64,000 bases of DNA from the NCBI GenBank assembly GCA_964234715.1, contig OZ174282.1. One strand, given 5' to 3'. Origin of the DNA: Podarcis melisellensis (Eukaryota). Position 1 is the first letter of the stretch. Each line of letters begins with the position of its first letter. Below are positions 25,201 through 39,260 of the stretch, in pieces. The position numbers were made by a program, and so were the translations under genes. The notes below the pieces were generated by a model that saw only the letters and a program-made list of their open reading frames with translations, did not search any database and was not told the DNA's origin.

Positions 25201-28200
25201 AGCTTTGTATAATAACTGCAGGAACAAAGGCGCTGTGGCCAGAAGGGGGATGAAATTGAATGCAGATTTTCCAGGTGGTTTCATCCACCCCAAAGCTGAA
25301 AAGCACCTGCGTGCTCTTGGCAGAACAGGAGTTCGGCTAACAATAGAGCCGTTTTGTGGGGGCGGCCATGAGGGAGAAGGAAGAAAGGCTTGATCCATCA
25401 CACACACCAACATCATCACCTTTGCAGGCTGAGTGGTTGTTGTTTTATTCTGAATGGTTTGTGCTTTTCAGTTTTTATGCAAAAGAGGCAGATAGGGGCT
25501 CCTGTGTGTTAAGAAACAAAAAGGCACAAATGGTGATGTAGGACAGAATAACCCATCATTCCAGCCTGAAACGGACCATGAGTGAAGCTAGTCTAGTTTG
25601 CACACAAAGCCTTCCTTTGCCTCTGTGATCAAATGTGAAAACCCTGGTGTGAGGCGAGGCTTTCCTGTGCTTTAAGAGGGTTGCAAATGCCCACTAGTTC
25701 ACCAGTCATTACCCCTGACTTCCTTGTCCACAAAGCTAGGAGTGGTGATCCTTTTCCCTCTTGTAAATGATCTTTACCTTTCATATAGGATTTAGTTACA
25801 CTTGAATGGAAGGGATTTTACTGCTGAATTAACACTTCCAAACCTATCATCTCCCCACCTTTCTAACACCTTGCAACTTAGATGTGCCTAGGAGAATAAT
25901 TATTTTGCAGCTTTCTCCATCCCTTCCTTCCTCTCCCCCACCCCCTAAATCTAAAGGTCGATCTGTGCTGATGTTTTAGGGAAATTATCTACATCCTGCA
26001 CCCAAAACCAGTGCCTTTCCAGTGTTGAAGATGATGTTGGGGTGGACCTTTCCAAAATGCTTTGGATGGTTGCTTCTGTGGTTGGGTTAGCCCTGGGTGC
26101 TGCCCTGCACTTATCCCCACAGTTGGCAGGGGTTTGTTTTTTTAAAAAGGGGGGGTTCATAAAAGTTGACATTCTTTGGACACCGATTTTGGCCATAGAG
26201 AACCAAGGCTGACTTTGTCAGGCCAATTGTGCAGAATGCAACAGGCCCGGTTGCCATCATTTCAATTAACATAAGGTACCGTAGTCCTTTAAAGTAGCCC
26301 TATCAACCTGGTGCCCCCCAACACAGCTGTAGTCCAAAGTGGCTGAAGTTGGGAAAGGATGCTTGAGGATGTGTGAAGCACTGCACATACCTAAACCTTA
26401 TGATGGCCATGCAAGATACTTTGAAATAGGTTAGGCTGTGAGTTTCATGGCATAGTAGGGATCTGAACCAGCACCTGTGGTTGACATTTTTATGCCTGTA
26501 ACTTGAAATCCTAGTTTCTCTGTGTAGCTGCATTGGCCCTGCTGGGTAGCAGGAGGAGGAATCGTCTCCTCTGTAATCCTGGTGCCTTTATGGATGCTGT
26601 GATGCTGATAAATCCACCCTTGCTCATTCCTCTGCCTTGCCAGATCGGATGGCCCAGCTGGCAATATTTTTAACCCTTCTCTGATGTGCATTGGCTCCTT
26701 CCAGTCCAGCTCTGAACAGCTGGGGGTGGGGAAGGGGTGGGAGGGAGGTGAACAGGGTAGCTATTTTGTTTTCCTTGTTGGATGCTTTCCAGGCCCACTT
26801 AAATTGTTGCTGTTGCTGCCACCGCCTTGCTGTTTTGAGGGCCAGCATCACCCAGCAGAATGCTTCCTCTTCCCCAGCTGCCTAACCTTCTTCAAGTCAT
26901 GGCACCAGCACCTCCAGGGGGCAGCGTTAGAACTGGGGCTATGGGCAATTCTATCCAGTGATTGGAGAGCAGCAGCACCTGGGCCAGAGATACACCCATT
27001 TGGCTGGGTGGCCTTGGACCAGCATCTAGTGCTCAGCCCTTAGGGTGTTTTTCTTTCCTCCAGGTGCTTTGCATCGTTGGTTCCTACCTGTGCCTCCCAT
27101 TCATGACTTTCCAACATAGTGCCTCATTAAGCAGGCACTAACCTCTCCACCCTTGTTCGTGGCTGCATGGACATCCTGTACTGCCCCTCACCCAAAATAC
27201 CCCACTGTTGCTACTCTTCTCTCATCAAAGCCTTTTCTTTCTTATAAAATAGCACAGAATATGCACGTATTCATCCATCCTAACAATAGATGTCAGGCTT
27301 TTCCAGGGGTGGCAAGGTGGTGATGATGTATTTCTTCTAACAGTGGAAATGCTGTCAAGATTAAGCTTTGCATGCAACCTACCCACCCTGCTTCTATGGG
27401 TGGTGCCTGTAGAGGTATATATAAGGGTGAAAAAATGATCTGTTGTTGTTTTCCAGTTGCCTGACCCAGTGAGCTCAAGAAAAGGAAGGCTCTGTGTGTG
27501 TGGCAGGGGGATCCCATGCAGAAAAAAGGGCCCCTGGTCTTCTCCATCTGCAAAATGGAAGTGAGAGGACAAACAAGATGTGCCTTGCATGTTAATAGTG
27601 CTTTATAACAGAAGACTGAAATGAATTAGGCATTAATCAATGTAATTGACTGCAGAGTTAAAACTGTGGTTGAGTTGGGGCTCTCCCATGTGAAATAGTT
27701 GCTGTTCTTGGAAGCCAGTTGAATTGGGGGGCAAGGGAAGGCCTCTGGGGCCCCAGTCCCACTGAAGTTTTTTTTGGGGGGTGCCTCAGGCGTCTTCCAT
27801 TAATGCTCTCATGGAAAAAAGAGAGGAGGCAAAAGGGTTTGGTGTGCCTGCTTCTGAAAGGGAGGTGCATAATGCAGTCCATCTGTGTTCTTCTCTGGTT
27901 GTTCAGGAAGAAGCTAGCTTGCTCTCAAATCCCTTCCAATGCCTTGGCCAATGAGTGCAGATGCACTGGCATTATCAGCAAGGTTTAATTCTTTTAGCTT
28001 AAACTTTAATCAAATCAGACTGAATTAATTAAGTCACTTTATATTTAGACTCCTTGTACTTAAATGTTTGCTTATGGTTCCTCCCCCTTCTTGCCAGCAT
28101 ACACCTAGGCACTGTGCACATAAGTAAGAAGGGGATGGCGCTGAGGGTGGTAGGCCCCTTCCTAATGTGTGAATGTGCAGGTGCTGCAAATAGATCTGTG

Positions 28201-29117
28201 TGCAAGCAGAGATGTTCTCCAGCTCCAGTAAGAAGTCTTAATGAGTTGTGTCAGGCAACACCCTTCTTACTCAAGGAATAAAAGTGCTTTGGAAGAGAAG
28301 CCAGCAGGAACCCAGACAGCTTCCGCTTGCCAAAAGCAGCATTGGCCAAAGAATCTTGCCATTGTTCGTTCTGTGGAAGACAGGGGGGGAAAACCCTGAT
28401 TAACCATGACCTTGGCCTTTTGGTGGGAGGTCAGTCTTGCAGTTTGCTCTCTCTCTCTCTACCTCGCTCTCTCTCTTGGGATGAGGTGCAATCTGGCTCC
28501 CTTGGGAGTTGATGCTGAACTCAGTTTCTCCCCTGTTTGCTTATTTGTTTGCTTATTTGTTAATTAATTTTCTGCCCAACCCTTGCTCTCAAAGGAGCCC
28601 AGGGCAGTAAGCAACAAGGTAGTAAAACAATGCAATTACAGTAAAATAAAAATCTCTTTATAAACATTAAGGCCCTAGAAAGCCCTAGGTCATTATCAGT
28701 GATGGAAAGACAGGCCTATCCCCATGGCAGAGCAGTGTACCCAGTCCAAACCACTAGTGCCCCACAAAGAGGGAGCAGGTACCCAGGCTAGAGTCTTCTC
28801 CCAGGACTTGTTTGCAGTGCAAAGTTCAGCCCTGCAACATGCGAAGTAGCAATAAGCAAGATTGCTTCTGCTTATCTGCTGAATGTTTCTCCAATGGCTA
28901 ACCACAGTTAGCACTCATGCACAGCTGGGAAGAGTGAAAAGGAGGAATGGGAATCCTGGAAGGACCACCTGATCATATAACAGGGCCATTCCCCATAGAG
29001 TTCAGAGCACAGAATGCCCCAAGTTGAGAGAAGGCAGATGCAGATTCAGTAACTGGAGGGTGTGAGCCAAGCACCTGTCCACTGATTGATGATTGCTAGC
29101 ATTTCAGCACTTTAGAG

Positions 29118-29178
29118 CAGCCTTTGTGGTAGCTGAGGCTGATGGGAAGATGTAGTCTGATCAGGTTGGCAAAGGCTG
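29118..29178. mobile_element. Internally deleted copy of the palindromic hAT-type MITE family, with retained 8-bp TSD
   Basis: TIR CAGCCTTTG/CAAAGGCTG; flanks CTTTAGAG (29110-29117) and CTTTAGAT (29179-29186). Confidence 0.75.
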
Positions 29179-31918
29179 CTTTAGATGGGTGGGCATTCGT
29201 GTTTGCCTTCTTAACAGCTCTCAAGCTCCCCTGTGCTGGAAGGCAAGTTGGCCTTGTGTTTGGGGAAATGTGTGCGTGTCTAATTTGACCCTTTGGTAAA
29301 CAACATAAAAGGATGCTTCATCAGCTCCCATTGCTTGCCACACCTTCCTGTTGTGGAAATCAATCAGCAGCTGAGTTTGCCAAGCAGAGTAGGGAGAGAG
29401 AGTTGTGTTTCCTGCAGGGTGCGTCCCAGAATGGGCAGCAGCTGTGAGCACTGTAGTGTTTGGCCTGGCAAGCCAAGAGGCTGTTTACTTAGCAGCTCTG
29501 CAAAATACCCGCTTTATCTGAGGTTGGCATCACCAGGGCGCTTTCGGTTCCCGACAACAAACTAGTCATTTATTTCCACTTACATAGTTTCCCAAAATTT
29601 GAGGCAACACAGTTTCAGAGACTAAGAATGAGCAGGTGACTCATGAGCTGGAGGCTGGCGACAGAGGTTATTTTTCTGAAGAAAAGGAAAAGGAAGAGTG
29701 TATGTTGTACATACAATTGGGTGCCCAGGGCTCAAATTTGGCATCTTTCGCCTGGAAGCTCTGCTCCAAAATCTCCAGTCTGTTAAAGCAAGCTACTTAG
29801 TGGCAAGAGGAAAGCACTTGGTACATGTTTAAAAGAAAATTAACCTTAAGGAAACAAGCCCAGGGTTTAGCTCAGCTGAGTGCCAACCCAGATGAAGCAT
29901 CAGAGGGGACTCTTAATCAGGTGGGAAACCCAGGAGAGGCCTGAAGTGCAGATGCCCAAGGACTGGATGAGCTGCAAAGGTAGGAAGCTTACATAGGGGT
30001 CTCCCAGCCAATCAGAAGGCCAGGCAGGGTTTCAGTTTGAGGAATAGATGAAGGCATGGCAGTGGGAAGGATCCACCACTCCCTGGGATGGCTGAAGTGA
30101 GGGCCACTCTTCAGTGTAGCATCTAGTGCTGGAGTATGAGCAATTTTAGGTACAAATTCTTCAAAAAAAGTAAATGTTGGGCAACTAGGAGGAATGGCCA
30201 CTGAGAGGGTGAGTTCTGGGCAAGTGGGAAGCCCAACTGCGGCAGTTCACAGCTGAGTTGATGGAGTGGCCCTAATCCTGTCACTTGAAGTGGCCTTTGC
30301 TGGTGCCAAATGTCACATCTGAGGACACTGAAAACACTCTCTCTGAATGGTATTGTAACCAGGATTGCAGCAAATGGGTTGCTGTACTATATAGACCAGT
30401 TTTCTTCCACTACTCCCCAAAGGAGCTAGAACAAGGGCTTTCCACCACCAGTGTGAGATGATATTCCTTCCAGTGGCAGAAAGAGAAGCTTGTATTGGAG
30501 CTGCAACTTTCTTTCAGTGGTGTTGTGCTTCCTTATTTTCTGTGGATGAAATATGCTCCTTAAATGGACCATGCCAGACTGTAGGGCTCCAGAACCTTCC
30601 TGGTTTTGTTGCCTGGTGGTTGCTTAGCATCTAGCAAGGTTTGATCTGTGCCTGGTGGGCTTCAGTCAGTTTGGTGAGCAGGTTTAATCCAGGCACTTTG
30701 CCAGGCATGGCCTGGTTGGGCTGCTGTGGGGAGCAATTTTCTGCAGTGCATCCTAGGAAATTCTGTTGCATCGCTTGCAGAAATGCTAACTCTGGCTGTT
30801 GGGACAAGGCCACCTTCCTTTAACCACAATCTGCAAGAAGAGAAGAGGCTTTTCTTCTTAGGAAAGCAGGATTGTAAGGTGCCTGAGACCTGACATGAAA
30901 TCAGTTTGAAGTCTGTCATGAGCAAAGCAGATAAAAGGAATTGCCCAGTGCAGTGCAGTTGGGTGGGATTAGCCTGGCAGCTTTTGTCTAGAGCACGTTT
31001 GGAGCTGAGGGTTTAGCCTTGTGTCACAGCTACCCCCTATGTCCACAGAAATGTAATTTCCTCCCCTCAAAGATTGGTGCAGGCAGAACTGCTGGATCTA
31101 GGCTGGAAGAGGTTGAATGGAGGAGGAAAGATAAAGTAAATCCCTTGTGTTTCGTAAGTACTAGCCGAGCGTGAGTGAAGGAGGGGCTTTAAAATAAATT
31201 ATACAAATCCTGCTTCTTTCGTAGGAGGGTGTGTGCTTGTGCGAAGGTGCAGTGTTAAATTCTGAATTAGCATAATCACAGAGAGGTTAGCACTGGGATA
31301 ACTTTAATGCTGCTGGCTGTGGTTGCGGAGGAGCACCTCCCTGTGAAAAACTTTGTGCCTGTAAATCAGCCATGCCTTTCTCAGGTTGATGGGAGCTGTA
31401 GTCTTAAGACATCTAGTGGGTACCAGTTTGAGGAAGATTGCTGCAAAATCTCCATAACTATCCTTAAAAAGAAGAAGCAGATAAGATTGTAAGGTCACTG
31501 ACAAAAAAAGCAAAAAAGAAAAGGTGCTGTACATTTATGAACTTCCAAGAATCATAATGGCTAACTAGAACTTCCAAGTGCAGAGGCAGCCTACCAGTAA
31601 TACCAGAAACCTGGGACAAACTGTGAGGATCAGCCTATTTTCCTCCTGACCTGCTTGTGGCCTCCCAAGATGTCTCTGGTTGCTTATTGTTGGAAACAGG
31701 ATGCTGGGCTGAGATGGACCTTTGGCCTGATTCAGCAGGTGTCTCCTTACATCATAGTTCTGTGTTAGCCAAAACTGCCCCTCCCATCTTTCCCCAATAA
31801 CCCCATCATAGTCCAGTCAAAGATCGCTGATTGGGCCTAGGAAATCAGGGGGTGTTGTTTGAATCAAAGCCTGCTTCCACTGCCATGGGCTTAGCCTTGG
31901 AGTGTGTGAATTAATGCT

Positions 31919-32505
31919 GGAAGATTCAGGACAGATCAAAGAAAGTACTTCATGCAGCATATAGTCGAATTATGGAACTTGCTACCCCCCGGAGGCAGTG
32001 ATGGCCACCAACGTGGATGACTTTGAAAGAAGATTAGACTACCGTATTTTTCGCTCTATAAGACGCACCAGACCACAAGACGCACCTAGTTTTTGGAGGA
32101 GGAAAACAAGAAAAAAAATATTCTGAATCTCAGAAGCCAGAACAGCAAGAGGGATCGCTGCGCAGTGAAAACAGCAATCCCTCTTGCTGTTCTGGCTTCT
32201 GGGATAGCTGCGCAGCCTGCATTCGCTCCATAAGACGCACACACATTTCCCTGTACTTTTTAGGAGGGAAAAAGTGAGTCTTATAGAGCAAAAAATACGG
32301 TAATTCATGGAGGGGAGGGCTATCATTGGCTACTAGCCACGATGCCTATGCTCTACCTCCACAGTTGGAAGCAGCAATGCTTCCATTATGCCTGAGCTGT
32401 GCTTGAGGGTTTCTTACAGGAATCTGGTTGGCCACTATGAGAAAAGGATGTCCACCAATGCTGGACTAGGGGAGCCTGATCCAGCCGGCTGTTCTTACAT
32501 TCTTT
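31919..32505 (+). mobile_element. CR1 LINE 3' fragment split by a Tc2-type MITE
   Basis: GTGATGGCCACCAAC..GGATG..AGATTAGAC|ATTCATGGAGG..GGCTATC..TGGCTACTAG and GCCTGATCCAGC..GTTCTTACATTCTT tail; similar fragments at ~31575-31760 (+), 47875-48105 (-), 56145-56310 (+). Confidence 0.75.
32042..32300. mobile_element. Tc1/mariner-superfamily (Tc2/pogo-like) MITE, 259 bp, TA TSD
   Basis: 27-bp TIRs CCGTATTTTTCGCTCTATAAGACGCAC and reverse-complement CCGTATTTTTTGCTCTATAAGACTCAC; TA at 32040-32041 and 32301-32302. Confidence 0.9.
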
Positions 32506-35500
32506 CATTCTAAAGAAGTGAACATGTTACTGGGCACGTGCTGAGTGAATTCTCACCACTGAGCAGCCTCAAGCCGCTCACACACCAAGGTAGAATAGTG
32601 AAGAATGCCTTCTAGGCCAATACTGGGTCTGGGCTCCTCACATTTTAGAAATGAAGTCTTGAGGAAAGTGCTTTGCTTTGCTGCTTACTTCCAGCTGCTA
32701 AGTTGCATTACGAGGGACCTAAAAATACCCATCCAAATAGCCTCCTGATGTGGCTTGCCCGTGCAAGCAGTTTGTGTTGTTGCCTGGAGGAGCTGTTGTG
32801 CAGTTGTTTAGCAGATAGGGGTAAGGAGGGTGCTGAAGTCTGCAAATGGGCAGTGTGGAGGGGGGTGCACGAGGCAAGGCCCATAAGCAAAATACAGGCT
32901 GTGTTGTATACTTTTGCATGCCCAGCAAGCCCCATATATGGAGGTGCTCTGCCTTCTGAAGGAAAAATAGGGAGTTTTGCTGTAATCCTTGGTGCCGTTT
33001 AACCATCAACGGTCTTCTTATGCCTTGTTTGTGAAACACAACCCATAGTTTAAGACTTGAGCTTCAAGCTTTAATTGATTTAATCAGTAGATCAATCAAC
33101 TAAATCTTTTGCTGATGAATCCATGGGAACTGATTTTAATTAGCAGAGTTAAAAAAAACTTACCTATTTTCTGAGGCTATTTTGAGTACAGTGTGCCACT
33201 GCCATAAAAAAATTACAAAAAGAAAACATTGAAGGTGGTCTTTTCCTGTTAATAGTGTGCTTTAAAATGCCACTGCTGCTGTCTCAATACAGTACATATA
33301 TTTTAGACTTTGGGATCTCCTGCCTGAAACCCTGGAGAGTCCCTGCCAGTCAGTGTAGACAGTACTGTGATAGATGGGTCCAAGGGTCTGAGTCAGGAAC
33401 ATAGGAAGCGGCCTCATACCACCTGCCTTGTGAGTTATCAACTGCCATTCATTAATTGCTCGACAGCCCTACTTAAGATCAGTTTGTAGGATTAATTTGC
33501 TCAGTGGCTCACCAGAGCATAGTCCTGGAATCTGCTTGTAGCTACAAGCCACATTCCCCAAACATGTGGATTAACACTGTGCCTCTGAGCATGTGGACTG
33601 CTTTCCATCCACAGCTGAGTTACTACAGCAAACCCTGCAATCAGTTTAACAAGGCGGGGACCCAGGTGCAACAGTGGGCAAAGTCCCAGCTCCCTTTAAA
33701 TAAATGCTTTGTGAAAAGCTGCTGGCTACAGAAGGAAACCAACTTTGGCTTAAAGTGCCCCCTCCCCAAGTTATTGTCCTCCAGGCATTTTGGACTACCA
33801 CTTTCAGCAGCCCCAGCATCACATGGCCATGCTGGTGGAGTTGTAGTCCAAAACATCTGGAAGGTCTCAGGTTGGGGCTGCTCGAAAGGATGAGCCTCTT
33901 GAGCTAACAAGCCTTTGCTGTGCGTGTGGGCTTGGGAGTTTGCTTGAATTTGCCTTGGGATTCTTTGCTCACCAGGCATACTGTAATCCCACAAATAAAC
34001 TGAAATTAGCAGACGTGCCTTTGGCTTGTTCTCCCTCTCTCACGCCCTTCCTTCTAAATTGTCGCTAGGGGATACAGAGTCTGGAAGTTCCATCATCAGG
34101 TAAATATAGTTCAGTGCCACAGCTGGCTGCTTGGCTGGTCTTCACACTGCAAGAAATGCAAAAGGAACCATGGTCCCCATGGATCCCTCAGAAATCTTGT
34201 ACTCTGCCCATCTCCTATACCTGAGCCAATAATCTGGGTGCTCAGAGCATCTTATTGGAAGGACCCCAGAACACTCAAAGTGCTGAAGACAGTCATAAGG
34301 AAGTAGCCATTATTCATTTAAAGGAGTGCCCTCTTGTTATGAACCCAAAAGGATTTCCCCCCACCAGGTAAAATGTCCCTCCAGGTTTTTGAAAAACAGA
34401 TATAGGAGCAGGGAGGCATTAGTTCCTACTCTCTCCAGGCAAGGAAGAGGCATTATCCAAGTTCGAGGACACATTTAAGCCAAGCAAAACTGCTCTAGGA
34501 TAGTGGTTTTAGGCAGGGCCAGTGAAAGGTGTGGCCTGTGGAGACTCCCAAGGACCAGAAAGTGAGGTCTGAAGTACTTAGACTCCAGGCTCCCTACCCC
34601 TATCTTAATCAGCTGGGCAGCGGAAGAGATATTTCAGATTCTTAGTTGCCAGAGCTGAAATTTTAGAGACCATTTCAAGGAAGTGGGTAGAGTGGAAGAA
34701 ATGTTACCATTCTTATACGTGGGCATCTTGTGTGAGTTGTTGCCACTTGGATTTTTTCCAAGACCGTCAACCAGGCTTGAGGTAATGCCAGTTCAAAGCA
34801 AATATTTCAGCTTCAAGAGAGTCAATTTGTGTGATGAAGGACAGAGCAATTTCGATGTCAGTATCTTTATGTGCATATTTGATTTTAGTGGGGAAGGGGA
34901 TAGGCCTACATTCCCTCTTCCAAGGAGGAGGGGAATGAATGTATATTGGCACTCCTTTTGTTGGCATGTGACCTGATGAGGAAATAGCCAAAGAATTCCT
35001 GGCTGCAAACTCAACACATCGTCCTTTTATAAGTGAGGGGGGAAACCTCACATGGAATTCCTCAGATTCTTCCTGCAGGAAGCTGGGAGAGCCGTTAAAA
35101 AAGAAAAACTCGCCCTGCGCAATTGAAGGCAGTTTGAACAGCGAAGGCGGCGGTGGCACATGAAGGGCCTGCTTTGGTGAAACTACTGGCCAGATTATTG
35201 TTGCAGCTGCATCCAATTATTACAGCTAGCCTAGACGTTCTTCTGTGGCTGTAATGTCTGGCTGTCTACTGCGCTCTTGAGCCAAGCAAGGGAAAGGCCA
35301 GGAAGGGGGTCTCTGTGTGCACACAAAACAGTATATTGGCTGGTGGGGCTCTGGGAAGAGAGGAGGCTGGGCAATCTCTCTAACCCTGTATGCAGCCATT
35401 GCTATAGGGCTTTTTGGTGGTGAAATTTCCTGTTTGGTATAAATGATGCAATGAAATGTTGGTTAATGAGATGAATGCTCTGTGGCACCAGAATCCAAGC

Positions 35501-37399
35501 AGATAATCTGGATCAACTTTACTTGGCCCATCCCTTAACTGTTTGCCAAGTTTTCTCCCTTGCCTTGGGGGAGGAAATCATATTTAAAGTTTGATTTGAT
35601 TGACAAGAATTGCTCCTCCCCCAGAATTGCCTGGCTGGATTGTGCACCTGCTCTATGCAGCATACCTGTGGCCTGGATTGCTTTGGTTGATTGTGGGAGG
35701 AAGCTCCTAGGAGGGTAATTTCTTGGGTAGGAGTGTGAGCTATGTTTGCATGGAAAGTGAATTGCACTCGCCCACTTCTCCCCCCACCCATACAATCCGG
35801 GTTCAGTTGCTGCTTTTAATCACAACCTTGCAGGTTTTGTGGGGAGAAGATGTGTGAATGTGCTGTTGCAGATGAGGCAACTGCTTTTTGCTCTTTGGCC
35901 ATGATTTCCAGATTGTATAATGAGAAAATCTGTGTTTTGTCAAGTGTTCACTGTGGGTTCCTCAAATCAAGGTAGACAATCTTCCCTGAGTGTTTGCCCC
36001 AAGGCTACCAGCAACTCCCTTCACCAATCACAGAGTGTTGCAGGCTGTGCTTTTGGTTTCCAGGGAGAAGCCCAGGACACCTGGTATGAGCTGAAAATAA
36101 TGCCCTCCTACATGACAAGGTGGGCAAAGTTCAATGTAGAAAAGCTTGAAAACTGTGTGACTACAAGGAGTTGGGACTATTGAGCATTAAGGATTCAGGG
36201 CCTCATTGAGGCAAACGCCTGTGCAATGTTTCTCCGGCCAGCTCCTGCAGTGTTGCTAGAGCTAGAAACCTTCAGCTTTGCTTGCTCTTGGTGCTTTGTT
36301 TCTGCAAATAGTCATGTTGCAGGGAAGCCAGATTGGCAGGGAGTGACTTGTTAAAAAGTGTTTGCACATGGTCAGAGGTGCTCCAGCCAGGGGCACTTGC
36401 AGTAAAAACAATTACGCTGTTAAGATACATTGCCCAAACTGAGCCTCTGGCTGAGCCACTGCATGTCACTGCAGGGCTGCTCTTTTCACTCCTTGGGGTG
36501 ATGCTGCCTACATTTCACCCCACCTTTGGTGTGTGTGTGTGTGTGTGGCAGCAGCACGACCAAAATGTGCTGTGATTCATTAATGCAACCCCACCCTAGC
36601 CACAGCTAAAGTGGGAAGCTTGCTGCATTTCCTCTCCATCTGACCCCACTTACCTGTCTCCATTCATATTGCCCTGAAAATTTAAAGGAGGCATAGAGAA
36701 GAATCACAGCTTTTCATGTGAGGCTTTACACCTTACTAACCGAGGCTCACTCTTCGCATGCTTTTCTTTGGAAGTGTATAGTACCATGAGGGCTGGTTGT
36801 GGGTGTGATTTTGTGTGAGAAAGGCCCCCAAAAGAGGAACTCTTTTATTCTTTGTTTCACAGGGCTTAATCCTATAATGTAGTTAGAAGCAGGTTATGTT
36901 GGGTCTTTGCTATGGCCCTCCTAAAATGGTGTGTTGCAAGGGAAATGTCAGGCAAATGCCTTTGAAATCCAACTATGAAACTTTAGCCCTATTTGAAATA
37001 TCCTAGCATACATTTGTGCAGATATTTCCACATAAAGACACATCTTGACCCTGTCCTGCTGTTTTCTCACACGTGCCCACCTGTGCTTTAAAAAAAAATG
37101 GAAGTGAGGATGCTTTCATACACAGTGTTGTCAAAGCTGTAAGGTTGCAGGAGATTTAAATGACCTGCAACTCCTGAGCCAATTGCTGGATAGCAAATAA
37201 GAGCTAAGAAAGAGGGATTTACTCTGCACAGGTACCTCCCCTGCTCCATCATATTAATAAGCTCATCTGCAAGTTATTTCCCCTGCCCTCTCCTGGAAAA
37301 ACCCAACGTCAGCAATTTAGAATAGTGGTTTTGTATGCCTAGGAGGAAGACAGTGGTGAGGTACTATCATTTCCGCCCCCTGGTGAAAATTGCAGCTTT

Positions 37400-39260
37400 G
37401 AGAAGATTGTTTGCTCTGCACTCTGCACATGTTCAAGCGGCGCGTTCTCACGCTCCAACGAAAGGTCTCTACCATCTTTGCGGCTCCAGTGTGCTACTCG
37501 AGGCAGAACCTTATATTTCTCTGGTTTGGGGGACGGCTGTTTGCCGGAGAGAGGGTGGAGAGAGATTCGCTGGCAGTCGTGCGGGCGGTTGCTGATCGCA
37601 AGGCGTCTCTCCCCGCCCCCGCCCCCCAAAAAGTCTTGGCCTCCGCGAACCGGAGTCAGCGGAGGGGCGCGCTGGAGGGAAGCAGGGCGCCGCTGCTCTT
37701 TGTCAAGGGATTTGCGCTGCGACCTCCGCCCCAGGCGAAGGGGGCAGAGGAGGAGGGGGAGACCCAGACAAGGCGGGGGAGGGGTTGTTTCTTCCCTTGA
37801 ACCAGCAAGGTTCCTTTTCTCTCCCGCGGACCAGGCTCAGTGCCCAGCCGCGTTTCCCGCTGCTGAGCGGCCGGGTCCTTGACTGGCGGGGCTGGATTTC
37901 CGCGCCTCGATCCGCCCGTGGCCGTTGGCTTCGCCGAGCCCGCCTGGGGCTCACTAAGGCCGCCCCCATCCTACCTCCTCCCCGCTCCGCCTCGCCTCGC
38001 CTGCTGGTCCCCGCCTCCTTCCTCCCTCCCCTCTCTCCCTCCCCGCCACTCGGCGCGTCCCCTCCCCTCGGAGTTGGCAGCTCGGTGGCCCAGCCGGAAT
38101 CTCGCAGCCGTTGGCGCTGAGGGCCGGAGCTCTCCTGCCGGAGTTGGGCTTCCCGGGAGGGGGGCGGACTGCTGCTTGGTCTCGCCCCGCCGGCCCTCCT
38201 CCAAGGGCGAGCAAGAGGGGCGGCCTGCCAGCCAGCCAGCCGTCGCGCGCTCTGCATCCCTCCATCCGAGCGAGCCTCGCCGCGCAGCCTTTTGTTCCCC
38301 CGGCAAGAAGTTTGTGCGCTGAGAAGGGCCGTGACAGCTGCAGCCCCGTTAGGGAGCACAGAAGAGGGGGCGGCGGCGGCGGTTCCTGCTCCTCGCTTGA
38401 CATGCAGCCCACGGCTCGGCTCGGCGGGGACGGCTGCCGGGGGAGGCGGGCCCCGCTCTTGCCGCCGCCGCGACGCACAAAAGGCTCCAACTAAACTTCC
38501 CTCCTGGAGAGCGAGCAAGCAAGCGGGGAGAGCTCCGTCTGCGCGGCCCGAGCATGGTAGGAGCGGAGAGCCGCCCGGCGAGGACACCGGCAGCCGGCTG
38601 TCCCAGCCCGTCCCCTGCGGGGGCGCCTCTGCTTCTGTCCGCCGGCTGCCGCCGCCCTTGAGCGAGGGAGGAACGCCGAGCAGACTTCGCCACGAGATTC
38701 CCAGACTGCACGGGGAGAGCTGCCCGCCTACCTTCCGGGGCTTTTGCTAGCGGTGCTGAACCAGCTATCCCGCCCGCCGGCCGAGGATGCTGGGCAAACT
38801 GGAGGCGCCCGACGTCGCCCGGCATGAAGAACTTCCTGCGCTGGGACCGCGAGGGATCTCCGCCGCCGGGCGCAGTCCGAGCCAGCCGCGCCGCGCCGAG
38901 GGGCCGACGAAGCAGCCTCTGCAAAGCGCAGTTCTGCCCGGGCATGGAGGCGCGCGGGAGGCCGGGCCTTTGTTCCGCCAGGAGAGCGCGCTCTGCGGCC
39001 GCCTTCCCGAGAGCTGGCCTTTTCCTCGCCGCCGCCGCTGCTGAGCTTCCGACCGGGGCGCCCTCTGGAAGAGGCTTTGTCGGAGCGGGCTGGAAGACTT
39101 GCCTTAAGGAGAGCAGCCCTACCGAGCAACCGGAGGAGGCGGAGGGCTTGCAAATAGCGATCGGCAGAAACGGCTTTATGTGTTGGCCTTGGACTGCTAG
39201 CGTTTCCGCAGGAGCCATGGAATGCCTTGCCCCTTTCAAGGACTTCCACGGTGGAAGATG
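37400..39260 (+). promoter_or_regulatory. Intragenic CpG island; likely internal promoter and 5'UTR of the KIAA0754-type transcript
   Basis: Abrupt very GC- and CpG-rich block with GGGCGG/CCGCCC boxes in an otherwise CpG-depleted intron, directly upstream of the 39493 ATG. Confidence 0.88.

Noticed and set aside
34973-35020. CTGATGA motif as a second hammerhead core
   Set aside because: No correctly placed stem II-GAAA-UH arrangement follows.
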